From Candidatus Marinacidobacterales bacterium (GTDB lineage: Bacteria > Acidobacteriota > Vicinamibacteria > Marinacidobacterales > SMYC01), in contig CBDCYI010000011.1 in the NCBI GenBank assembly GCA_965224085.1, positions 576,001-640,000 on the forward strand: a stretch of 64,000 bases of DNA, read 5' to 3'. The translations under genes were made by a program, and so were the position numbers. Each line of letters starts with the position of its first letter. Within the stretch, counting starts at the first letter, position 1. The notes under the pieces were generated by a model. That model had not been told where the DNA came from, did not search any database, and saw only the letters and a program-made list of their open reading frames with translations. This document shows positions 9,878-19,353 of this stretch, piece by piece.

Positions 9878-11394
9878 ATGGAAGATAGATACGTACCTTT
9901 GGCGTTGTTACTTTGTTTCGTCCTGGCGGTTCCTCTTGTCTCGGCGCAAGACACGACCGCCATCGTAGGCGCGACTCTCATCGATGGTACCGGTCGTGAG
10001 CCAGTTACCGACGGCGCCATCGTCATCGAGGGCAGCCGGATCGCGGCGGTCGGGCCCCGCTCCCAGGTGATGATCCCGGCGGGAGCCCGGGTGGTGGACG
10101 CCAGCGGAAAGTTCATCACACCAGGCCTCATCGACGTCAATGTGCATCTGATCTTGACGATTATCCCCGATTTTTATGTCAAGTACGAGGATCGACTCGA
10201 GCAGATCGTGATTGAGTCGGCGCAGATCGCCCTCAAGTATGGTGTCACCACGGTGCGTGACTCCTGGGGTCCTCTCGAGCCACTGCTGCGAGCCCGGGAT
10301 CGGATCAATGCGGGTGAGAAGGTCGCAAGCCGCATGCTGGTGGCGGGAAACATCGTCGGCCTTGACGGTCCATTCAGTCAGTTCTTCCTGGGTGCGCGGG
10401 GCGCCGGAGTCTCCCCCCTTGTTCAGGAGAGGATCAACGCCACCTGGGAGGAAAACGTCGGCACTAACCTTCTCGCGATGCGTCCCGAGGAGGTGCGCCA
10501 GGAGATGCGCAAGTACCTAGCCCGTGGGGTCGATTTCGTGAAGGTAGCGATCTCAGCCCACGGCGTACGGGGGGAGCCGCTGATGTTCTCGCCCGAGGTG
10601 CTAAGGGTCATCGCCGAGGAAGTGCATGCGGCGGGAAAGATTTACGAGACCCACACCGCCACTGCCGAGAGCCTCAGGGTGGCCATAGAGTCGGGAGCCG
10701 ACCTCCTTCAGCATCCCGAGGTCTTGCGCGATGGCGAGGGTAATAACCTGGAGATTCCCGACGACCTGATCGCGCTGATCAAGGAAAAGAACATATTTTG
10801 CGGGATTATGACCAGGTTTAGCTACCCCGACATGCTCGAAGAGCAAGGCTCCAAATACCCCGAATGGTTCGCAAAGATGAGCCCGAGTCGGTATGAAAGG
10901 GAGGCTTTTGAGCCACGGGCCAATAATGCCCGAAAGCTCATCGCGGCTGGTGTCCGCGTCGCTTTGGCCACTGATATGGGACCGCAGGTCTGGGAACTGG
11001 CCTATCGACCGTTTTCACCGATGCTAGGGAGAATGCACTTCGAGACCATGGAGGATTACCAATCAGCGGGGCTGAGCCCGATGCAAGTTCTGGTTGCATC
11101 AACCAAGACCGGAGCCGAGGCGTCCCAGATGGAGGAGCATCTCGGTACGCTTGAAGTCGGCAAGATCGCATCCTGATTGTCTCATCCCGATGAGTCCGAT
11201 TCTGTCGGCGCGAGGACCCGCTGGAGGACATCTCCAACATGCGGAAGATCGATCAAGTGATCAAGGAAGGGAAGTTCATCGACCGTGACAAACTTCCGGA
11301 GACCTCGATCCTGCAGTTCGACCCTGAAGGGGAGTTCGGCGATTACATGAAGAAGAGGAAGAATTCGAGGGGCAACCAATCCAGAAGGAGGTAA
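9878..11394 (+). pseudogene. Exported amidohydrolase, interrupted near the C-terminus by a 36-nt segment copied from the next gene
   Basis: PGLIDVNVH, YGVTT, ATD, GTLEVGKIA. Homology to the paralog resumes (EDPLEDISNMRK) after 11211 and runs to the stop at 11394. Confidence 0.8.
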
Positions 11395-11406
11395 CTCGGT
11401 GTCGTG

Positions 11407-12943
11407 ATGAGATACAAATACTTGCTCAGCGCGCTCCTACTTTATTGTCTCATCCCGATGAGTCCGATTCTGTCGGCGCAAGACACTACCGCCATCGTCG
11501 GTGCGACGCTCATCGACGGCACCGGGCGTGAGCCGGTTCCCGACAGCGCCATCGTCATCGAGGGCACCCGCATCACCGCCGTCGGGCCCCGCTCCCAGGT
11601 GATGATCCCGGCGGGAGCCCGAGTTGTAGACGCTACGGGCAAGTACGTGACCCCCGGCCTCATCGACGTCAACGTGCACCTGATCCTGACGATTTTCCCC
11701 GACTTTTACGTCAAGTACGAGGACCAACTAGAGGAGATCATCATTGAGGGGGCGCAGATCGCCCTCAAGTACGGTGTCACTACGGTGCGGGACTCCTGGG
11801 GTCCCCTGGAGCCGCTGCTGCGAGCCCGGGATCGGATCAATGCGGGTGAGAAGGTTGGTAGCCGTCTGCTGGTGGCGGGAAACATCGTCGGCCTTGGAGG
11901 GCCTTTCAGTGAGTACTTCATATTCCGGCGAGATTCTGGTGAATCTGCTGGGATCGGCGCCTGGGTCTCACCGCTCGTTCAGGAGAGGATCAACGCCATC
12001 TGGGAGGAGAACGTCGGGCCGGGCCTTCTCACGATGCGTCCCGAGGAGGTGCGCCAGGAGATGCGCAAGTACCTGGCGCGGGGTGTGGACTTCGTGAAGG
12101 TAGCGGTTTCAGCCCACGGCGTGGTGGGGCAGCCGCTGATGTTCACGCCCGAGGTGCTGAAGGTGATCGCCGAGGAGGTGCACGCGGCCGGATCGAGTCG
12201 GGAGTCGACCTCCTTGCTCAGCGCGCTCCTACTTTATTGTCTCAAAGATCTACGAGACCCACACCGTTACCCCCGAGAGCCTCAGGCTAGCGATCGAGTC
12301 GGGAGTCGACCTCCTCCAGCACCCCGAGGTCCTGGAAAATCGAGAGATCCCCAACGACCTGGTCGCGCTGATCAAGGAGAAGAACATATTTTGTGGGATT
12401 TTAACCAGGTTCAGTAACCCGAAGAGGATCGTAGAAGAGCGATCGAAATACCCATACTGGTACCGAGGCATGGACCCGAGCTCGTACGAGCAATGGCACA
12501 AGAATGTCTACAAGCTGATCGCGGCTGGCGTCCGAGTGGCGATGGCCACCGATATGGGCCCACAGGCCTGGGAGTTAGCCTATCGAGGCACGTCGCCGAT
12601 CCTTGGGAGAATGCACTTCGAGACCATGGAAGACTACCAAACTGCAGGGATGAGCCCGATGCAAGTTCTGGTTGCATCAACCAAGACCGGAGCCGAGGCG
12701 TCCCAGATGGAAGAGGATCTCGGCATCCTCGAGGTGGGTAAGATCGCCGACCTGCTCGTTGTGAATGAGGACCCGCTGGAGGACATCTCCAACATGCGAA
12801 AGATCGATCAAGTGATGAAGGAAGGGAAGCTCATCGACCGCGACAAACTTCCTGAGACCTCGATCATGCAGTTTGATCCTGAAGGGGAATTCGGCGATTA
12901 CATGAAGAAGAGGTCAACGAGCAACAAACCCTTGAGGAGGTAA
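11407..12943 (+). pseudogene. Tandem paralogous amidohydrolase, frameshifted by a ~52-nt insertion at ~12193-12244
   Basis: Near-identical to the upstream gene. The frame breaks after EEVHAAG and resumes at KIYETH, ending at 12943. Confidence 0.8.
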
Positions 12944-12946
12944 CGA

Positions 12947-15172
12947 TTGAATCCCGCGACGAATTTCCGCGCCGGTGCGCTGGCCGGCATGTTGATGCTC
13001 TGCCCTTTGCCGGCGGCGGCTCAGCAGCAGCGGCCCACACTGGAGCAATTCCTCAGCGCCCCCTTCGCGACGGAGCTGATCGCCGCGCCGGTCGGCGGCA
13101 AGGTGGCCTGGGTCGAGAACGTGCTCGGCGCTCGGAACATCTGGATTGCGGAGCCGCCGGACTACCAGGGACGGCAAGTTACCCGCTATTCCGGTGATGA
13201 TGGCAAGTATCTCGTGCAGCTCGCGTTCACACCGGACGGCAACACTATTGCCTTCGTGCGCGGTGGCGCCCACATGGGAACGCGCCTGCCCGAGCCCCCT
13301 GATCCGACGCTGGATCCGGCAGGTGGCAAGGAAGAAGTCTGGATGGTTTCGACGTCCGGCGGCGAGCCGTCGCGCATAGACGACGGCTTCTGGCCTGCCG
13401 TTTCGCCGAGCGGGAAGCTGGTCGCATACTTCAAGCGAGGTCAGATCTGGGCGGCGCCACTTACCAAGACCGCGAACGGCATGACGGCTGGCGCACCGCG
13501 TCTATTGATCCGCGACCGTGGGACCGCGGTGCCGGCAGGGGTCTTCGGCAATGCGACGTCGCTACGCTGGTCGCCCACCAGCGATCGTCTCGCGTTCGTG
13601 AGCTCCCGCGATCAGCACAGTTTCATCGGCGTCTACGACGACGACGCCCACTCGCTTGCGTTCCTCGATCCATCCACCGATCACGATCAGGAGGTGATCT
13701 GGTCACCCGACGGAGCGCGCGTCGCGTTCATTCGCGTGCCGTCGTCACCCGGTGAGCTTACGGGGCCGCAGCGCGAAGCACTCCCATGGTCGGTTCGGGT
13801 GGCGGATGCGAAGACCGGCAAGGGCCGGGAGGTGTGGCGCTCCACGAGGGGCGTGGGGAGCCGTTTTTGGGGTTTCATGAACAACGAGCGTCAGCTCTTC
13901 TGGGGCGAGGGTGATCGTATCGCGTTCCCCTGGGAGCGTAGCGGTTGGGTCCACCTCTACTCCGTGCCGGCGGCAGGCGGCGACGCGATTGAATTGACAC
14001 CGGGTGAGTTCGAGGTGGAGCACGTCGCCATTTCGCCCAATGGGCGGGAGCTCATCTTCTCGTCGAATCAAGGCGACATCGATCGCCGGCACCTCTGGCG
14101 CGTGGCGATCACGGGGGGTCCGCTGCAGGCGGTCACCTCCGGAACGGGAATCGAGTACTGGCCCGTGATCACTGCGGATTCTGCCGCGCTCGCGTTTCTC
14201 GCGTCCGGCGGCAAGGTTCCGCCGCGGGCCGAGCTGGTGCGCCTCCCGGCGCGGAATGGCGCAGGGGCGAGAGTGGCCGGACGAAAGCTACTCGCGCAAG
14301 GCATTGCGCCGCCGCAGTTCCCCGCGGCCGCGCTGGTGGAACCGCAACAGGTAATCTTCCCCTCCGCCGATGGGTTCGAGATCCACGGGCAGCTCTTCCT
14401 CCCGCCGGACTACCGGCCTGACCAGACGTACCCGGCCGTGCTGTACCTCCACGGCGGCTCCCGTTCCCAAATGCTGCTCGGCTACCACTACCACCGCTTC
14501 GATTACTACCAGAAGGTGTACGGGCTGAATCAGTACCTCGCCAGCCAGGGCTACATCGTCGTCTCAATCAACTACAGGAGCGGCACCGGCTATGGAATGA
14601 AGTTCCGCGAAGCGGAGAACTACGGGGTGCGTGGCGCCTCGGAGGTACGCGACGTGATCGCCGGCGGACATTACCTGCGCAGCCGGAAGGACGTTGATCC
14701 CAATCGGATCGGGCTCTGGGGCGGCTCCTACGGTGGCTATCTCACCGGCATGGGCCTGGCTCGCGCGTCGCACATCTTCGCGGCCGGCTTTGATCTGCAC
14801 GGCGTGCACTCCTGGGATGCGCGAGTGCAGTTCTCTCCCTTCAGCCAGCTCACCGCGTCAGAGCGGGAGCAGGTGAGGGAGGTGGCCCGTCAGTCGTCGC
14901 CGCTCGGCAACGTGGACACCTGGCGCTCGCCGGCGCTCTTCGTGAGCGGCGACGACGACCGCAACGTCCAGTTCAACCAGATGGTCGCCCTGGTGGCTGC
15001 CCTCCGCAAGCGTGGCGTGGAAGTGGAGGAGCTGGTCTTCCCCAACGAGGTCCACTCGTTCCTGTTGCATTCCAGCTGGCTGCGCGCGTTCCGGGCTGCG
15101 GCGGATTTCTTTGATCGGAAGCTCAAGCACCGCACGACCCTGAGCGGGCAGGAGGATCGACGATTTCGGTGA
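12947..15172 (+). CDS. S9-family (prolyl oligopeptidase / DPP-like) exported serine peptidase
   Basis: Beta-propeller region, HGG, NYRSGTGYG, GGSYGG nucleophile, DDDRNV, EVH. Confidence 0.92.
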   Translation: MNPATNFRAGALAGMLMLCPLPAAAQQQRPTLEQFLSAPFATELIAAPVGGKVAWVENVLGARNIWIAEPPDYQGRQVTRYSGDDGKYLVQLAFTPDGNTIAFVRGGAHMGTRLPEPPDPTLDPAGGKEEVWMVSTSGGEPSRIDDGFWPAVSPSGKLVAYFKRGQIWAAPLTKTANGMTAGAPRLLIRDRGTAVPAGVFGNATSLRWSPTSDRLAFVSSRDQHSFIGVYDDDAHSLAFLDPSTDHDQEVIWSPDGARVAFIRVPSSPGELTGPQREALPWSVRVADAKTGKGREVWRSTRGVGSRFWGFMNNERQLFWGEGDRIAFPWERSGWVHLYSVPAAGGDAIELTPGEFEVEHVAISPNGRELIFSSNQGDIDRRHLWRVAITGGPLQAVTSGTGIEYWPVITADSAALAFLASGGKVPPRAELVRLPARNGAGARVAGRKLLAQGIAPPQFPAAALVEPQQVIFPSADGFEIHGQLFLPPDYRPDQTYPAVLYLHGGSRSQMLLGYHYHRFDYYQKVYGLNQYLASQGYIVVSINYRSGTGYGMKFREAENYGVRGASEVRDVIAGGHYLRSRKDVDPNRIGLWGGSYGGYLTGMGLARASHIFAAGFDLHGVHSWDARVQFSPFSQLTASEREQVREVARQSSPLGNVDTWRSPALFVSGDDDRNVQFNQMVALVAALRKRGVEVEELVFPNEVHSFLLHSSWLRAFRAAADFFDRKLKHRTTLSGQEDRRFR

Positions 15173-15185
15173 AACCGTAGTCCCT

Positions 15186-16442
15186 ATGAGTTTCGCTCGA
15201 GCCCTTCGTTGTCTCGACTGCGAGGCCACCTTTCCCTCGACGCTCTTTCGATACCGTTGCGAGCGGTGCGAGGGCTTCCTCGGCGTGCGTTACGATTACG
15301 AGGAAATAAAGTCGGCCATTTCGTTGACCGACATCACCTCCTGCGGAACGGCGACGCCGATCGAGCGGTGGCGGCCGTTTCTTCCCATCGAGCGGCCCGA
15401 GCTCGTCGACGTGGTGACGCTCGGAGAAAGAGAGACGCCCTTGCTCTCCTGCGGGCGGCTTGGCGAGCGCCTCGGACTGGACGAGCTCTGGATCAAGAAC
15501 GAGTCGGCGTTTCCGACCGGCTCTCTCAAGGATCGGTCGATGCCGCTGATGACGCTCAAGGCCCTGGAGTATGGCCGAAGCACGGTGGCGATCGTCTCTT
15601 CTGGTAACGCCGCGGCTTCGCTCGCCGCCTATGCAGCGGGAGCAGGGCTCAAAGCGGTGGTCTTCGTTCGTGCCGAAGCTTCCCCTTCGAAGCTGGCGAA
15701 GATCGCCATCTACGATCCGATCTTCGTGCGGGTGCGCTCCCACCTCGCCGACATCGGCCGGCTCTTCGATGAGCTCGTCGACGAGCTCGGTTGGTTCGAC
15801 TGCGACGGCATGGTCAATCCGTTCCGCTGCGAGGGAAAGAAGACCTGCGCCTTCGAGATCGCCCTCCAGCTCGGCTGGCGGGCGCCCGACGTCGTTCTGA
15901 TCCCGACGTCCTCGGGCAACGGCATGGTTGCCGCGCACCTGGGCTTCAAGGAGCTTCTCACGCTCGGTCTCATCGAGAAGATGCCGCGCCTGGTTGGCGT
16001 GCAGTTCGAAGCTTGCTCGCCGATCGCACAAGCGTTCGAGGCGGGAGCTGACAAAGTCGAGGCCATCGTGCCGAGTCCCAGCGTCTCGGACACGCTGCTC
16101 AACGGGAGTCCCGACGCCGGGGCGATGGTACTACGCGCCGCGCGCGAGACGGCAGGCACGGTGGTCACCGTCTCGGATGATGAGATGCTTCGCGCTCAGA
16201 GCGATCTTGCTCGCCGTGCCGGTATCTTTGCCGAGCCCGCGGGAGCGGTGGCTCTCGGGGCGGCCCGGAGGTTGGCCAAAACGGGAATGATTCGGAGCCC
16301 GGACACGGTCGTGTGCCTGGTAACCGGCCACGGACTCAACCAGCCCGACGTGGTGGAAGCGAATGTTGAGCCGCCGGAAGCTCTCGACCCCGACCTCGGC
16401 AGCATCCGCGGCTTCCTTTCGCGAACGTTGGACACCAGATAG
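15186..16442 (+). CDS. Threonine synthase-like fold-type II PLP enzyme
   Basis: N-terminal CxxC...CxxC, TLGE.ETPL, PTGSLKDR, SSGNAAASLAAY, EGKKT, EPAGA, TGHG. Confidence 0.85.
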   Translation: MSFARALRCLDCEATFPSTLFRYRCERCEGFLGVRYDYEEIKSAISLTDITSCGTATPIERWRPFLPIERPELVDVVTLGERETPLLSCGRLGERLGLDELWIKNESAFPTGSLKDRSMPLMTLKALEYGRSTVAIVSSGNAAASLAAYAAGAGLKAVVFVRAEASPSKLAKIAIYDPIFVRVRSHLADIGRLFDELVDELGWFDCDGMVNPFRCEGKKTCAFEIALQLGWRAPDVVLIPTSSGNGMVAAHLGFKELLTLGLIEKMPRLVGVQFEACSPIAQAFEAGADKVEAIVPSPSVSDTLLNGSPDAGAMVLRAARETAGTVVTVSDDEMLRAQSDLARRAGIFAEPAGAVALGAARRLAKTGMIRSPDTVVCLVTGHGLNQPDVVEANVEPPEALDPDLGSIRGFLSRTLDTR

Positions 16443-16445
16443 ACG

Positions 16446-17621
16446 ATGGGTCTCACCACCAAAGTCTTTCTCGGGATGGTCGGCGGCGTCGTCTTCGGAC
16501 TCCTCGCCCCGAATGCGGCCGTCGCCATCGACGTCGTTGGTGACCTCTTCATTCGGGCCATCCAGATGGTCGTCGTTCCTCTGATCCTGTTCTCCGTGAC
16601 CCTCGGGGTGGCGGAGATCCGGGACATGAAGACCCTGGGCCGCGCGGGTGTGGCGACGCTGCTCTTCGCAGCGGTGACGAATTCTCTCTCGAGCGTTTCG
16701 GGAGTTTTCGCCGGCGTCCTCGTCGACCCGGCGTCCGGGGTCACCGTTCCCGACGCTGCGCAAATGGTGACGCCCATCATGCCCTCCTGGAAAGACATCC
16801 TGCTGAGCGTCGTACCATCGAACGTCCTGGAAGCGCTCGCCGAAGGCAACGTCCTCGCCATCATCTTCTTCTCGGCGCTCCTGGGTGTTGCTCTCGTGTC
16901 CATCGGCGACAAGGGCAAACCTGTCGTCCAGTTCCTCCGCTCCGGCGCCGAGGTGATCTCTGCCATGATCCGGATAATCCTTCGCTTCGCGCCTTACGGT
17001 GTGTTCGTATTGATGGCGAGCACGATGGCGGAGGTCGGCACCTCGGCTCTCGCCGCCATGGTCAAGCTCCTCGCCGCGATTTGGATCGGTACCATCCTCT
17101 TCGTCGTGGTCTATTCGACCGTCGTGAACCTGGCGATCGTAAAGCGGCGCCCGATCGTTTTTTTCGAAGCCCTCGGCGATGTTTCCATGATGGGCATCGC
17201 CACCTGCAGCAGTATGGCGACCATGCCGCTGAACGTCGAGAGAACCCACGAGAAGCTCTCGGTACCCCGGGAAACCGCCGCCATGGTGATCGGTGCGGGG
17301 ACGTCGATCGTCAACGGCGGAAGCTCTTTCTATAAAGCCATCGGCATCGTCTTCGTCGCTTCGCTCTACGGCGTCGAGCTGAGCCCGCCTCAACTTTTGG
17401 TTGTTGCGGCGATCGCGGCGTTCCTCATCACGGCAGGCGTCCCGGCGGCTGGGACGCTCTCCATTGCGGTGGGCGCGTCCGCCATCGGCATCCCCGTCGA
17501 AGGGATTGCGCTCCTGATGGCGATCGACCGTTTGAGGGACATGGTCTCGACGTGGGGCAACGTCGTGATCCATTCCCTCGGTGCCACGTTCGTCGACGCC
17601 GTGGCGACGAAAAAGCCCTGA
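16446..17621 (+). CDS. Dicarboxylate/amino acid:cation symporter (DAACS / GltP family)
   Basis: GDLFIRAIQMVVVPL, VPSN...NVLAIIFFS, FAPYGVF, ATCSSMATMP, AGVPAAG, IDRLRDM. Confidence 0.9.
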   Translation: MGLTTKVFLGMVGGVVFGLLAPNAAVAIDVVGDLFIRAIQMVVVPLILFSVTLGVAEIRDMKTLGRAGVATLLFAAVTNSLSSVSGVFAGVLVDPASGVTVPDAAQMVTPIMPSWKDILLSVVPSNVLEALAEGNVLAIIFFSALLGVALVSIGDKGKPVVQFLRSGAEVISAMIRIILRFAPYGVFVLMASTMAEVGTSALAAMVKLLAAIWIGTILFVVVYSTVVNLAIVKRRPIVFFEALGDVSMMGIATCSSMATMPLNVERTHEKLSVPRETAAMVIGAGTSIVNGGSSFYKAIGIVFVASLYGVELSPPQLLVVAAIAAFLITAGVPAAGTLSIAVGASAIGIPVEGIALLMAIDRLRDMVSTWGNVVIHSLGATFVDAVATKKP

Positions 17622-17777
17622 GCAATTCGCGCTGCAGGAAGCGCTCCCGCTGGCCGTACCCGTTCACGAAGACGATCTCCGTCCCAGGCACCCTTGCCAA
17701 ACAGTTCGACAGGCCACAGAATACGCTGGGATCAAAGCCTCAGTAGAATCGGGGGCTCATATTTAGGAGGGAATGCC

Positions 17778-19283
17778 ATGATCCTCGAGAATTCAGGTAA
17801 CCGTCTGATTGTCATATCCGCCCTGGTTCTGGGTACGCTTTCGATTCCAACCTCACCCTCTGCCGGCGCGGTACAGGTCTCCGAGCAGGTGACGGCGATC
17901 GTAGGGGTTACCTTGATCGACGGAAACGGCGGGCCGCCCGTCCCGGACGCGACGATCCTGATCAGGGAGAACCGGATTGCAGAGATCGGCCCACGAGCTT
18001 CGGTCAAAGTCCCCCAGGGGGCCCGGGCGATCGACGGCAGCGGCAAGTACGCCACGCCGGGGTTCATTGACACGAATGTCCATGTGACCCCTCTAAGTGG
18101 CCAAACGACGTTCGCCCGCTACTGGGACCGGCTCGAGGACATCACCCTCCAGGGGGCGCAGCTTCAGCTGAAGTACGGGGTCACCACGATCCGGGACAGC
18201 TACGGCCCCCTGCCTCCCCAGATCAAGGTCCGGGACGCCATCGCCGGTGGCGAGGAGGTCGGTCCACGGATGTACGTTGCCGGCAACATCGTTGGCTGGG
18301 GAGGTCCTTACTCCGAGACCTTCTCCCGCACGAGCGAATCAGGGCTCACCCTCCTCGAAGAGCAGATGAACGACCTCTTCGCCCAGGGCACCGGGGAAGA
18401 GCTCCTGCACATGACGCCCAAAGAGCTCCGGGTGGCCATCAACGAGTACCTGGACAAGGGGGTGGACTTCATCAAGTACGGGGGGACCGCCCACTCTTCC
18501 TACCCCGCGCTCATCACTTTCTCTCCGCGCGCTCAGAGGGTGATCGTGGAGGAGACCCAGAAGCGTGGCCTGGTGGCGGAGACCCACTCCGCAACCGTGG
18601 AGGGGCTTCGGCTCTCTGTCCTGGCCGGGATCGACCTCATCCAGCATCCCCGAAGCCTCGGGCGGTCTAAGATGACAGACGAGCTGGTTGAGCTCATCGT
18701 GGAGCGGAGGGTCATTTGCTCCGGGCTGCAGAACACGATCACCGGGGAGGTATGGGAAGAACACGTCGAGAAGAGGGAGAAGGCGCTGAAAGAGCAGGAG
18801 GAGGCGGACCGAAAGAGGCGGCAATCGCCGAAGACCTCCGCTGAAGTCCGGCGTGAGCAGGAGGAGGCGGGGATCGTGCTGGAGGTGAAACGGCGGAACG
18901 CGAAGAGGCTCATCGAGGCCGGAGCCATCATCTCGGTTGGGACCGACAACACCGTATCGAGGGCCCCCGAATTCCGCCGGGAAAAGAAGAAGGAGCACCA
19001 GGAGCCGGGGATCGGGACCATCATCGCCATCGAAGGCCTCGTGGAGCTCGGCATGACGCCGTCGGATGCCATCGTGGCCGCAACGAAGAACGGGGCGCTT
19101 GCCTGCAAGGCCCTCGACGAGTTCGGAACGCTGGAGGAAGGCAAGCTGGCCGACATCCTCCTGTTGGGGGCGGACCCCCTGGCCGACATCTCCAATATCC
19201 GCAAGCTAGAGATGCTGATGAAGGAGGGCCAGATCATCGACCCGGAGAGCCTGCCCACCGTACGACCCTACGGGGAGTGGTAG
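17778..19283 (+). CDS. Exported amidohydrolase (NxH subtype)
   Basis: PGFIDTNVH, YGVTTIRD, ETH, QHP, GTD, GTLEEGKLAD. RBS AGGAGG precedes the ATG at 17778. Confidence 0.9.
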   Translation: MILENSGNRLIVISALVLGTLSIPTSPSAGAVQVSEQVTAIVGVTLIDGNGGPPVPDATILIRENRIAEIGPRASVKVPQGARAIDGSGKYATPGFIDTNVHVTPLSGQTTFARYWDRLEDITLQGAQLQLKYGVTTIRDSYGPLPPQIKVRDAIAGGEEVGPRMYVAGNIVGWGGPYSETFSRTSESGLTLLEEQMNDLFAQGTGEELLHMTPKELRVAINEYLDKGVDFIKYGGTAHSSYPALITFSPRAQRVIVEETQKRGLVAETHSATVEGLRLSVLAGIDLIQHPRSLGRSKMTDELVELIVERRVICSGLQNTITGEVWEEHVEKREKALKEQEEADRKRRQSPKTSAEVRREQEEAGIVLEVKRRNAKRLIEAGAIISVGTDNTVSRAPEFRREKKKEHQEPGIGTIIAIEGLVELGMTPSDAIVAATKNGALACKALDEFGTLEEGKLADILLLGADPLADISNIRKLEMLMKEGQIIDPESLPTVRPYGEW

Positions 19284-19353
19284 CGATGATGTGGCGGTCA
19301 ACCGTGGCGAAAGCTAGTGCCCGAACCCGCTAGTACCCTGTAACGAATTAGCC

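Noticed and set aside
9878-12943. Diversity-generating retroelement template/variable repeat pair
   Set aside because: No reverse transcriptase in the window, and the differences between paralogs are not adenine-specific; this is an ordinary tandem duplication.
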